Shown here: positions 38,304 to 47,304 of the stretch, one piece after another
How the letters are laid out: every line of letters starts with the position of its first letter
Position numbering within the stretch: the first letter of the stretch is position 1
From: Bacteroidota bacterium
GTDB lineage: Bacteria > Bacteroidota > Ignavibacteria > UBA10030 > UBA8401
Reading direction: 5' to 3'
Assembly (NCBI GenBank): GCA_035500675.1
Contig: DATJXA010000032.1
Coordinates: forward strand, 1,021 to 65,020
DNA length: 64,000 nucleotides
Notes under the pieces: model-generated
Told to the model about the DNA's origin: nothing
Database searches by the model: none
The model's input: the letters and a program-made list of their open reading frames with translations, nothing else
Translations under genes and position numbers: made by a program

Positions 38304-39653
38304 ATGAGAAAAAAACAGGTCTATATAGAAACGTACGGCTGCCAGATGAACGTAGCCGATTCAGAAGTCGTCTTGAGCATTCTCGGCGACAATGGTTACG
38401 CTATAGCTCAGGAAGCAGGCGCTGCCGACCTGATACTTGTCAACACCTGCAGTGTCCGTGACAACGCGGAGCAACGCGTCCATCAACGCATCAGCACCCT
38501 GAAAAATTATAAAAGGCAGAATCCCGGAGTGCTGATCGGGGTTCTCGGCTGCATGGCTGAACGGTTACGGACGGAGCTCATTGACAAAGGCAATGTCGTC
38601 GATCTCGTCGTCGGTCCGGATGAGTATCGAAAATTACCAGGCCTCGTCGAGCATGCAATCAACGGCGAGAGGGGAATTGCGGTTAAGCTCTCGCGCGTAG
38701 AAAATTATGACGACATTATGCCTTTGCGGACTGACGGGGTCTGCGCGTGGCTTTCGGTAATGCGGGGTTGCGACAAGTTTTGCACTTTTTGCGTTGTTCC
38801 TTTTACACGTGGAAGAGAACGAAGCCGAAGCCTCCACAGTGTGGTCGAGGAGGTCGAACGGTTAAGCGACCGCGGGTTCAAAGAAATCACTTTGCTCGGA
38901 CAGAATGTCAATTCTTATCACGATGGGGAGTTCGATTTTGCAGATTTGATACAGGCCGTCGCGCGGGTCGACTCTTCACTTCGAATCCGTTTTATGACGC
39001 CTCATCCGCAAGACATGTCGGAAAAACTGATCCACGCAATAGCGGACAACGACAACGTCTGTAAGTCTGTGCATCTCCCAGTACAGTCTGGCTCGGATAG
39101 AATTCTTTCGTTAATGAATCGGACGTACACGACAGAACGTTACATCCGGCTAGTCGAAAAAATCAGAAAGAATATTCCGGATGTAAGCCTTTCAACCGAT
39201 ATTATCGCAGGCTTCCCGACGGAGACTTCCGAGGACCACGAGAAGACCCTCGACCTCATCCGGCACATTGGCTACGACGGCGCGTTCACGTTCAAATATT
39301 CTCCCCGTGAAAATACAAAGGCGTGGGAGATGGGGGACGACGTACCGGAAGAGTTGAAGATCGACCGTCTCAACGAGATCATAGAACTTCAGCAGACAAT
39401 TTCGTTTCAAAAAAACGAGAGCTTGGTCGGCACCGTGGTGGAAGTTCTGGTAGAGCGCGAGAGCGCGAAGTCGAGCGCCGATTGGATGGGACGGATGGAT
39501 TCGAACAAGGTTGTGATATTTCCCAAGAGCACGGCCGGCGCCGGGGACTTCGTACCGGTCAAAATCGAGCGCTGCAATTCCGCGACGCTTTTCGGAGTTG
39601 TCGCAGATGAGCCCGCGGCGTTACGGGAATACCGTATCGCAGTAAACAATTGA
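38304..39653 (+). CDS. miaB: tRNA-2-methylthio-N6-dimethylallyladenosine synthase (radical SAM methylthiotransferase)
   Basis: MRKKQVYIETYGCQMN… (MTTase N-domain), a radical-SAM CxxxCxxC (GCDKFCTFCVVP) and a TRAM domain at the C-terminus. Confidence 0.9.
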   Translation: MRKKQVYIETYGCQMNVADSEVVLSILGDNGYAIAQEAGAADLILVNTCSVRDNAEQRVHQRISTLKNYKRQNPGVLIGVLGCMAERLRTELIDKGNVVDLVVGPDEYRKLPGLVEHAINGERGIAVKLSRVENYDDIMPLRTDGVCAWLSVMRGCDKFCTFCVVPFTRGRERSRSLHSVVEEVERLSDRGFKEITLLGQNVNSYHDGEFDFADLIQAVARVDSSLRIRFMTPHPQDMSEKLIHAIADNDNVCKSVHLPVQSGSDRILSLMNRTYTTERYIRLVEKIRKNIPDVSLSTDIIAGFPTETSEDHEKTLDLIRHIGYDGAFTFKYSPRENTKAWEMGDDVPEELKIDRLNEIIELQQTISFQKNESLVGTVVEVLVERESAKSSADWMGRMDSNKVVIFPKSTAGAGDFVPVKIERCNSATLFGVVADEPAALREYRIAVNN

Positions 39654-39666
39654 CGTCATACATTGC

Positions 39667-40464
39667 ATGGATCGATCGCCGATGAAAACTCGCACGCTGT
39701 TTCTTCTGATTCTCGCCAACATTCTGGCCGGCACCTTACCGGCATTCGCACAGATGCCGGAGAGTGAGGTACGGAAACGACTGGACTTTATTTACAGCGG
39801 ACAAGCGGAGAGGGTGCGCATTGAACTTCCGGGGCTCGAGAAACAATATCCGAACGATCCCGGCGTGAGTTATCTCGATGCAATCCTCACCACGGACGGC
39901 GTCGCGGCGGTAAAGAAATTCCAAGCGATCGTCGACCAATTTCCTCAGAACGAATGGGCCGACGATGCGCTTTACAAAGTGTATCAATATTATTATTCGG
40001 TTGGCCTCTACAAAACAGCCGATGAAAAATTTGCCCAGTTGAAACGCGATTACCCAAACTCTTTATACGTCGTCGGACTGGAGCAGGAAGAAAAACCGGC
40101 CGCCGTTCAGCAGGCGCCTGCAGTTGAGGCAAAGACGCCGGATACAGCGATGGCCCAACCCGCCGAGCAACCGGCCGTCTCCGAGCAGACACAAAATTCA
40201 TCCCCCGACACCATGACGGCCTCTGCGCCTGTTGGCAAGTATGCAGTTCAGGCGGGCGCATTCTCCGACGAAAAAAACGCCCAGAAGCAGGTCGATTTCT
40301 TCCGGACGATCGGAAAAAGCGCGATCATCACTCAAAAAGCGATAGGCGACAAAACGCTATTTGTCGTTTCGATCGAGGGCTTTGCCACCGAGCAGGAAGC
40401 ACGAAGTTTCATCGCAGAACTTAAATCACAACACAACATCGAATCAATTATCGTGACGAGATAA
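39667..40464 (+). CDS. SPOR-domain protein with an N-terminal TPR-like region
   Basis: Signal peptide MKTRTLFLLILANILAGTLPAFAQ (the alternative ATG at 39682 may be the real start), a low-complexity linker and a C-terminal SPOR fold (…YAVQAGAFSDEKNAQKQVDFF…). Confidence 0.75.
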   Translation: MDRSPMKTRTLFLLILANILAGTLPAFAQMPESEVRKRLDFIYSGQAERVRIELPGLEKQYPNDPGVSYLDAILTTDGVAAVKKFQAIVDQFPQNEWADDALYKVYQYYYSVGLYKTADEKFAQLKRDYPNSLYVVGLEQEEKPAAVQQAPAVEAKTPDTAMAQPAEQPAVSEQTQNSSPDTMTASAPVGKYAVQAGAFSDEKNAQKQVDFFRTIGKSAIITQKAIGDKTLFVVSIEGFATEQEARSFIAELKSQHNIESIIVTR

Positions 40465-40465
40465 C

Positions 40466-41644
40466 GTGAGAGACGGAGACGAAAGCGTGGAGAGGATGGC
40501 TTTTCAAGAGGAACATAAGATCATCGGGCAATCGTTGGAGATGCAGGAAATCGTCGAGGTGATCCAGCAGGTCGCCCCGACCGATATCACCGTGCTCATC
40601 AGCGGCGAAAGCGGCGTCGGCAAAGAAATCGTCGCTCAAGCTATCCATGCGGCCAGCCGGAGAGCGAACAAACCGATCGTCACCGTCAACTGCGGCGCGA
40701 TCCCCGAAGGGATCATCGAGAGCGAATTGTTCGGGCATGAAAAGGGTTCGTTTACGGGAGCCAGCGATTCCCGTAAAGGTTATTTTGAGCTGGCCGACGG
40801 CGGAACGATCTTTCTCGACGAAATCGGAGAGCTTCCGCTCGCGACTCAGGTAAAGTTTTTACGAATCCTCGAGAACGGCGAATTCATGCGCGTCGGTTCT
40901 TCAACGGCAAAAAAGGTTGACGTCCGCGTTATCGCCGCGACAAACAAAGACCTCGAACGCGAAGTATACACAAAGCATTTCCGGCCCGACCTTTTTTATC
41001 GCCTTCGATCCGTCAACATCCGCATCCCTCCCCTGAGAGACCGCCGGGAAGATATCCCCGTATTTTTCACGAAGTTCGCAAAAGAATTCGCCGAAAAAAA
41101 CGCCATCACATTTTTAGGCATCACCGACGAGGCAATGGAACTTTTGAGCCAGTACTATTGGCCGGGGAATGTCCGGGAATTGCGCAACGTCGTCGAGAGT
41201 ATGCTGGTCATCGAAAACGGGAAGAAACTTACTGCAGAGGATGTACGGAAGTATCTCAAAGGGGCGCACCCCAACGGCGAAGAACGCAATCTGCCGGTGT
41301 ACGTGCCCAGGTCGTCGGAATTAGCCGAGCGCGAGCTCATCTACCGCGCGCTCGTCGACCTTAAAACGGATATTGTCGACGTCAAGAATTTACTGGTGAA
41401 TGCGGATGGCGCCTCCTCTGCATTGGTACGGAGAAACGGGGGCGGCGCCGCTGAGATCCAAGAAGGGGCCATCGTTCAACCGCGGGCGGCGGAAGAGGAG
41501 AACATTTCCCTTGAAGAGATGGAGCGGAGGATGATCATCGGATCTCTGCAAAAATACGAGGGCAATCGACGGCTTGCGGCCCAGGCGCTCAAGATCAGCG
41601 AGCGGACGCTGTACAGAAAGATCAAAGAGTACGGCCTGCAGTGA
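40466..41644 (+). CDS. Sigma-54-dependent transcriptional activator (AAA+ central domain and Fis-type HTH; no receiver domain)
   Basis: …VLISGESGVGKEIVA…GAFTGA… (GAFTGA-like), ESELFGHEKGSFTGA and a C-terminal HTH (…RLAAQALKISERTLYRKIKE). It uses a GTG start; an alternative ATG is at 40496 (MAFQEE…). Confidence 0.85.
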   Translation: MRDGDESVERMAFQEEHKIIGQSLEMQEIVEVIQQVAPTDITVLISGESGVGKEIVAQAIHAASRRANKPIVTVNCGAIPEGIIESELFGHEKGSFTGASDSRKGYFELADGGTIFLDEIGELPLATQVKFLRILENGEFMRVGSSTAKKVDVRVIAATNKDLEREVYTKHFRPDLFYRLRSVNIRIPPLRDRREDIPVFFTKFAKEFAEKNAITFLGITDEAMELLSQYYWPGNVRELRNVVESMLVIENGKKLTAEDVRKYLKGAHPNGEERNLPVYVPRSSELAERELIYRALVDLKTDIVDVKNLLVNADGASSALVRRNGGGAAEIQEGAIVQPRAAEEENISLEEMERRMIIGSLQKYEGNRRLAAQALKISERTLYRKIKEYGLQ

Positions 41645-42183
41645 AAGTGCTCGATGAAAAATGCAAAGCGAAAGGTTATGGCATAACAGCAGGCTCTTTA
41701 CTGTTCATTGTTCACTGTTCACTGTTCACTGTTGTGTGGGGATGTTCGTACTCGTTCACGGGTTCGTCCGTCCCAAAACATCTGAAGACCATCGCCATAC
41801 CGCTTTTCGAAGACCAAAGCGGTTTTGGCGAACCGGGGTTGAAAGAAAGTTTTACACAACAACTCATCAACCTGTTCGTTAACGACAACAGCCTGCAGAT
41901 CGCAGAGCGGAATACGGCCGACTCGATACTGGAGGGATCAATTACGGCGGTGACCGACGCTCCGTCGGTGATCGAACCGGGCGAACAGGTGAGCAAGCGA
42001 CGCATCACCATTACGGTGCACGTTGTGTATCAGGACCTTAAGCTCAGAAAAAAAGTGTGGGAAAAAGATTTCACAAACTGGGGTGAGTATAGTCTTGGCA
42101 CTGAAACGCGGACTGTCGCCCTCACCCAGGCAGTCAATAAAGTAACAGAGGACGTCCTGAACGAAACTGTTTCAGGATGGTAG
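41641..42183 (+). CDS. LptE-like lipoprotein (LPS-assembly lipoprotein family)
   Basis: Lipobox (…TVVWGCSYSFTGSS…) and …IPLFEDQS…; I recall both as LptE hallmarks (CGYxF…PxFEN). GTG start overlapping the upstream stop. The signal-peptide coding region contains a heptamer tandem repeat. Confidence 0.55.
   Translation: MKVLDEKCKAKGYGITAGSLLFIVHCSLFTVVWGCSYSFTGSSVPKHLKTIAIPLFEDQSGFGEPGLKESFTQQLINLFVNDNSLQIAERNTADSILEGSITAVTDAPSVIEPGEQVSKRRITITVHVVYQDLKLRKKVWEKDFTNWGEYSLGTETRTVALTQAVNKVTEDVLNETVSGW
41702..41736 (+). repeat. Heptanucleotide tandem repeat (TGTTCAT-TGTTCAC-TGTTCAC-TGTTCAC-TGTTGTG) inside the LptE-like signal-peptide coding region
   Basis: Read directly from the sequence: three perfect copies of TGTTCAC flanked by two imperfect copies. 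The unit length is not a multiple of three. Confidence 0.8.
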
Positions 42184-42229
42184 CGGGGTATCGAATAACT
42201 CAATTCTACGAGGTTGAAAGAAAACAACA

Positions 42230-43735
42230 ATGAATGATATAATTCTGGCAACATATTTTATTTCTCTTCTCATCCTTTTTATTTTCGGCTCGCACGGCTT
42301 CGTCATGGTGTTCCATTATTTCAAGCACCACGACGCCGAAGAGGCCGATAATTTATCGCTGCCGGAATACCCGGCGGTCACGATCCAGCTTCCTATCTAC
42401 AACGAACTCTATGTCGTCCGGCGCCTCATCGAGGCCTCGTGCGCAATGACGTACCCCGCGGACAAACTTGAGATCCAGGTATTGGATGATTCAACCGACG
42501 AAACCGTCGCCCTCGTCGAGTCGATCGTCGAAGAAATGAGGGGTCGTGGACACAATATCCATCACATCTGCCGCAAGTCGCGGACCGGGTTCAAAGCGGG
42601 CGCGCTCCGCGAGGGGCTTGAGCGGGCAACGGGAGAGTTTATCGCCATCTTCGACGCCGATTTCGTACCCCGCAAAGAATTCCTCCTGAAAACTTTGCCG
42701 TATTTCTATACGGGTGAAAAAATTGGGATGGTGCAAACCCGGTGGGAACACCTCAACGGAGAATATTCTCTTCTCACACGCACACAAGCGATGGCGCTTG
42801 ACGGGCATTTCGTCATCGAGCAAGCGATCCGCAACAAGGCCGGCTTTTTCATCAATTTTAACGGGACCGGCGGCATCTGGAGAAAATCGTGCATTGAAGA
42901 CGCGGGGAATTGGCATTCCGACACGCTGACCGAAGACCTCGACCTGAGCTACCGCGCCCAGTTGCGCGGATGGAAATTTAAATTCCTCAAAAACGTTACA
43001 TCCCCTGCGGAGCTGCCGTCCGAAATCAACGCGCTCAAGTCGCAGCAATTCCGCTGGACAAAAGGGGCGATCGAAACGGCGCGCAAAATGCTTCCCGCCG
43101 TCTGGAGATCCGATCTTCCGTTCAAGTTAAAATGGCACTCGACGTTCCATCTCACGAACAATATCGTTTTCCCCTTTATCCTTGTCGCGGGGATTCTCAA
43201 CATACCGCTCATGTTCATCAAGCATGCAGGCGGATATGAATTCTATTTCGAAATGATGTCCGTCTTTGTGTTCGCTTTCATCGGATCGTTCCTTTTCTAC
43301 ATGTTTTCGCAAAAGGATGTCTACCCGGATTGGCGCCGGCGGATATTCCTGTTCCCCCTCTTCATGGCCGGAAGCATGGGTTTTGCGGTCAACAACAGCA
43401 AAGCGGTCCTCGAGGGGCTGTTTAAAAAGAAAAGCGATTTTGTCCGCACGCCAAAGTACAGCATCGAAGAGAAGAACGATTCATGGGTCGATAAAAAATA
43501 TGTGCCGGTAAAATTCAATTGGACGGTGATCGTCGAAATTGCCCTTGCGATCTATTGTCTCTTCGGCGTGATCTCGTCTTTGTATTATCTTGAGATTGCG
43601 GCCATCCCTTTCCAGCTGTTGTTCCTTATGGGATTCGGTTTCGTCTCCTATCTCTCCGTCCAACAGGCCCTTCAAGCCAGAAAATTAAAAGCCGGAAAAA
43701 TTCTCGAGGGAGAAACTGCTGCAGCCCATGCTTGA
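42230..43735 (+). CDS. Membrane family-2 glycosyltransferase (CslA/cellulose-synthase-like processive beta-glycan synthase type)
   Basis: 501 aa with N-terminal TM, DxD (IFDADF), TED (LTEDLDLSYR) and QQFRW (QxxRW), followed by multiple C-terminal TM helices. Confidence 0.8.
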   Translation: MNDIILATYFISLLILFIFGSHGFVMVFHYFKHHDAEEADNLSLPEYPAVTIQLPIYNELYVVRRLIEASCAMTYPADKLEIQVLDDSTDETVALVESIVEEMRGRGHNIHHICRKSRTGFKAGALREGLERATGEFIAIFDADFVPRKEFLLKTLPYFYTGEKIGMVQTRWEHLNGEYSLLTRTQAMALDGHFVIEQAIRNKAGFFINFNGTGGIWRKSCIEDAGNWHSDTLTEDLDLSYRAQLRGWKFKFLKNVTSPAELPSEINALKSQQFRWTKGAIETARKMLPAVWRSDLPFKLKWHSTFHLTNNIVFPFILVAGILNIPLMFIKHAGGYEFYFEMMSVFVFAFIGSFLFYMFSQKDVYPDWRRRIFLFPLFMAGSMGFAVNNSKAVLEGLFKKKSDFVRTPKYSIEEKNDSWVDKKYVPVKFNWTVIVEIALAIYCLFGVISSLYYLEIAAIPFQLLFLMGFGFVSYLSVQQALQARKLKAGKILEGETAAAHA

Positions 43736-43798
43736 TTTTGACGGCCCCATCGCCTATACTAAAATCGGCGGTGCGCGATCGGCTTTCTTACTTTTCTG

Positions 43799-44737
43799 AT
43801 GATTATGGATTTATCGGAATTCGATATAGATTTTCTGAGCCAGAAGCTCTCTGACAATCCACAGTCTCCTCTTTTTGCGCGCCTCGCAGACCTCTATCTC
43901 TCTAAAAATCAATCTTCAGAGGCATTGAAGATATGCGAAGCCGGCGTGCAAACGTATCCGGCGTACCCGACGGGGTACGTTGTCCTCGGAAAATGTTACC
44001 TTGCGCTGAACGAAAACTCAAAGGCGCGTCTTGCGTTTTCTCAGGCAATTCATTTCGCGCCGTTCAACCAGGTGGCCAGGAAACTTCTCCAAGAAATACC
44101 GGCCTCAGCGGAGGAGCCGATAGCACCGGTAGTCGAGGAGCCCGCGGCCCAGGTGCAACCACCGGTGGAAGAAATTGCTGCGCCCGAACCGGTCGCGCCT
44201 GAGATCGTTCCACAAGAACATGTCTTACCTCAAGAAGAGCCGCTGCCGCAAGAAGCTGTTTCAGAACCCGAACCGATGCTCCCGCCTCCTGTTGCCGAAG
44301 AGCCGGTACAAGAACATGTCGTCGAGGCCGCTCCCGCCGTTGAAGAAGTTCCTCCTGCAGAGGCGGGACCTTTGCCTGGAGTGGACGAATATATTCAAGA
44401 GCGTGCCCGTCTTCTCGCAAACGAAAAACTTATCTCCCTCGACGAATATCTTGGCGGTGCAACGGAAGCTCCGAAAGAGCCAACGACAGAACTCGATACT
44501 CTTGCTGAAAAGCTAGAAAACGCTCCGCGCATCGTGCCTCCTGAACCGCAACCATCTCCCCAGGATGCTTCTCCACTCGATTCAACGGTCATCACTCCCA
44601 CTCTCGCCGAAATCTATGCCTCGCAGGGAGAATACAGCGCGGCGATTCAGGCGTACGAGATCCTTATCCTGTCGAAGCCGGATGATCGCGAGCGATTTGA
44701 ACAACGAATTAAGGAATTACAGGCGAAATTGTTTTAG
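43799..44737 (+). CDS. TPR-domain protein with a Pro/Glu-rich low-complexity middle region
   Basis: N-terminal and C-terminal TPR-like helices flank …EEPIAPVVEEPAAQVQPPVEEIAAPEPVAPEIVPQEHVLPQEEPLPQEAVSEPEP…. Confidence 0.6.
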   Translation: MIMDLSEFDIDFLSQKLSDNPQSPLFARLADLYLSKNQSSEALKICEAGVQTYPAYPTGYVVLGKCYLALNENSKARLAFSQAIHFAPFNQVARKLLQEIPASAEEPIAPVVEEPAAQVQPPVEEIAAPEPVAPEIVPQEHVLPQEEPLPQEAVSEPEPMLPPPVAEEPVQEHVVEAAPAVEEVPPAEAGPLPGVDEYIQERARLLANEKLISLDEYLGGATEAPKEPTTELDTLAEKLENAPRIVPPEPQPSPQDASPLDSTVITPTLAEIYASQGEYSAAIQAYEILILSKPDDRERFEQRIKELQAKLF

Positions 44738-44747
44738 GAGGGACCGT

Positions 44748-44771
44748 GAGCGAGGTCGTGCGACCTCGCTT
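44748..44771. terminator. GC-rich hairpin between two convergent genes (43799-44737 on + and rpsT on -); possible bidirectional terminator
   Basis: GAGCGAGGTCG-TG-CGACCTCGCTT forms a 10-11-bp stem. No strong U-tract follows on either strand, so confidence is modest. Confidence 0.4.
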
Positions 44772-44779
44772 CGGGAAAA

Positions 44780-45034
44780 TTACTTTATTGCGTTGACCAC
44801 ACGGGTGAGTTTAGATTTTTGATTCGCAGCTTTGTTCGGGTGGATAACTCTTTTCTGAGCGAGCGTGTCGAGCATCGAAACCGCCTTTTTTAACGCCGCT
44901 TCCGCTTTCGTTTTATCCTTCTCCGCCCTCACCTTTTTGATCATAGTCTTCAACGCAGACTCCTGGGTAGCATTACGCTTCTGTCTGCGCGCTGAAGAAC
45001 GTATTCGCTTGAGCGCCGATTTATGTTGTGCCAT
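44780..45034 (-). CDS. rpsT: 30S ribosomal protein S20
   Basis: 84 aa: MAQHKSALKRIRSSARRQKRN…, basic, with typical S20 length and sequence. Confidence 0.92.
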   Translation of the reverse strand: MAQHKSALKRIRSSARRQKRNATQESALKTMIKKVRAEKDKTKAEAALKKAVSMLDTLAQKRVIHPNKAANQKSKLTRVVNAIK

Positions 45035-45115
45035 TCCAATCCTTTATTCTGATTTGATGCTTATTGTACTCTCAATATACGCAAAAGACCGACGACCCGC
45101 AAGAACAAGGAGGAA

Positions 45116-46408
45116 TTACAGCTTCTTCTCCCAATAGATGTTCTTCTTCATCTCTTCCACCCATTGCTGAAAATTCTCGTTGATCTTAAATTGAAGGGCG
45201 AACTGTTCCAACCGCTGATAGTCGTCGGTGAGGTTCATCGCGTGTTCCGGCGTGATCGACCGCACCCAAACGATGTGATACCCGTACGAACTTCCTAGAG
45301 GGACTTTTACCGGCTCGCTGATCTCGCCCGCCTTCATCGTTTTCAGTACGTCCAGAAAGGATGCTTCGATCTGGTCGACCCCAATTTTTCCAAGGTCTCC
45401 TCCGATATCCTTTGTTTCCTCATCCTCGGAATAGCGTCGCGCCAGCGCCGCAAAATTTTCCCCCGCAAGCGCACGCGCCCTTAACCGTTGCAGTTCGGCG
45501 ATTGTCGAATCGTCGTCCGCTTTCGATTGCACGATCGAAAATAAAATATGCCGCGTGTGGACAGACTCTCCTCTGCGTTCTATGAGTTGAATAAGATGGT
45601 ACCCATAGGATGTCCTTACCGGCTCCGAAATTTCGCTGTCCTTGAGCGCATAAGCGGCTTCTTCAAATTCTTTCTCAAACACTCCGCGCCTAATCCAACC
45701 CAAGTCGCCTCCAGCAGCAGCCGAACCGGGATCCGAAGAGTACCTCTTTGCAAAATCGGCAAAGTTTCCTCCTGCCAAAATGCTGTCGCGTATGAGAAGT
45801 GCTTTATTGTAGACTGCCTCGACCACCGACGTATCGGGTTTTGGTTTCATGAAGATATGGCTCAACTCGTATTCAGTCGGGATCGTAGGAAGGCTGTCCT
45901 TGTGGGCCTCGAAGAACTCTTCTACCTCGCGACGCGTCACCGTGATGGATGCCTGGTGTGTCTGCCGCACTTTCTCGACCAACAGCTGATTGCGGATCAG
46001 ATCGCGGAAGTCTCTCTTCATGCGGCTTATGGGCATATTATACATCTCCTCTAACCGCTGCTCCGACCCGGCTTGCTGGACGAGCATCTTGATCTGGCGG
46101 TCAAGCCTATCCGTCACCTCATCGTTCGTAACTTCCACGCTGTCCCGGATCGCCTGGGCGAGTATCAGTTTCTCATTGATCATTCCGTCAAGAACACGGT
46201 CGCGCAACCCGGGAGCATTAGGGTCGATCCTGTTCTGCATGGCCATCGACTGGATCGTCAGGTTCAAATCCGACAATGTGATGATCTCTTTTCCCACGAC
46301 CGCCACAATACGGTCGACGACTGTTTGTGCGTTTACAACCCCGCCTGCGGACAGAAGAAAGATGGCGATTGCGAACGAGCAGACATGTAATTTCTTTTTC
46401 AGTTCCAT
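45116..46408 (-). CDS. SurA-like periplasmic chaperone/peptidyl-prolyl isomerase (SurA N-domain plus two parvulin domains)
   Basis: Signal peptide and a SurA N-terminal domain. Two PpiC/parvulin domains follow (…GGDLGWIRRGVFEKEFEEAAYAL…SYGYHLIQLIER… and …GGDLGKIGVDQ…SYGYHIVWVRS…). Confidence 0.85.
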   Translation of the reverse strand: MELKKKLHVCSFAIAIFLLSAGGVVNAQTVVDRIVAVVGKEIITLSDLNLTIQSMAMQNRIDPNAPGLRDRVLDGMINEKLILAQAIRDSVEVTNDEVTDRLDRQIKMLVQQAGSEQRLEEMYNMPISRMKRDFRDLIRNQLLVEKVRQTHQASITVTRREVEEFFEAHKDSLPTIPTEYELSHIFMKPKPDTSVVEAVYNKALLIRDSILAGGNFADFAKRYSSDPGSAAAGGDLGWIRRGVFEKEFEEAAYALKDSEISEPVRTSYGYHLIQLIERRGESVHTRHILFSIVQSKADDDSTIAELQRLRARALAGENFAALARRYSEDEETKDIGGDLGKIGVDQIEASFLDVLKTMKAGEISEPVKVPLGSSYGYHIVWVRSITPEHAMNLTDDYQRLEQFALQFKINENFQQWVEEMKKNIYWEKKL

Positions 46409-46423
46409 AAATGCCGTTGATTT

Positions 46424-47257
46424 CTATTCACCCGAGGGAAGCAGTGTGTCGTGGTCCGTTGCCGCTCCCGAAAGATTGATCTGAACTGTATGTTTCTTCC
46501 GTGTCGCTTCTAAATATTGAGTGAATCGTTCCTGACGATGCTCCATGACGAGCCTTCCTCTAATTGCATCTTCAGCATATTCTATCGGCGGAGTTGCTCC
46601 GTGTGAATAACTCCCCAATAGGAGAATGACAAAATAACCGGCGCTGGTCTTCACGGGAAATGAAACTTCCCCCGGCCCAAGCGCCGACGTGACTTTCCAC
46701 AATTTCGCCGGAAAGAGCGTCTCTTGAGTATAGAAGGTCGAGTCCGCTTTCGTGATCAGCGTTGATTTTTCGTCTTGAGGTTTTTGCGCTGCAGCTATCG
46801 CAGCATCCCATCCTCCGCCCTGGAGCGCCGCCGCCCGGAATGTTGCCGCCGGCTCCCTCTCGGAAAATACCGCCAACGATACCTCCACAATGTCGTCGCG
46901 AAGCGCGAATTCCTCGAGATGGCTCTTAAAATACGACGCTATTTCATCGTTTGAAATCGACCGGGGACTGTCGGTGAAAACTTCTTTTTCGAGCAACGCA
47001 TTGATCGAGAGCTGACGCTTTGCATCCTCAAGATTGCGAAGCACGCTTTCAGAATGATCGAGCCCTTCTCTTTTTGCCTCTTGATACAGGATTTCGGAGT
47101 TGACCCATTGCCGTGCAAACATACGCATCTGCATTTCCGAAACGCCGCCTGCAGTATCGATCTGTCGATGCATTTCATCAGAGGTCAACACCTGGTCATC
47201 GACGCGGGCAATCTCCTCCCCTTGGTCGCTATTATGCGAACAAGATGAGAATATCAA
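46424..47257 (-). CDS. SurA-N/parvulin-like periplasmic chaperone lipoprotein (degenerate PPIase domain); start codon unresolved
   Basis: SurA-N-like helical region and a degenerate parvulin segment (…TSAGYFVILLLGS…). The first canonical start in frame is the TTG at 47257, which falls inside the lipobox (…LIFSSC…). The in-frame sequence upstream (HVKQIAIISNLAALSIAAVCGLIFSSC) encodes the rest of the signal peptide but contains no ATG/GTG/TTG. Confidence 0.6.
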   Translation of the reverse strand: MIFSSCSHNSDQGEEIARVDDQVLTSDEMHRQIDTAGGVSEMQMRMFARQWVNSEILYQEAKREGLDHSESVLRNLEDAKRQLSINALLEKEVFTDSPRSISNDEIASYFKSHLEEFALRDDIVEVSLAVFSEREPAATFRAAALQGGGWDAAIAAAQKPQDEKSTLITKADSTFYTQETLFPAKLWKVTSALGPGEVSFPVKTSAGYFVILLLGSYSHGATPPIEYAEDAIRGRLVMEHRQERFTQYLEATRKKHTVQINLSGAATDHDTLLPSGE

Positions 47258-47304
47258 ACCGCAAACTGCTGCGATCGAAAGGGCGGCGAGATTCGAGATA
47301 ATGG

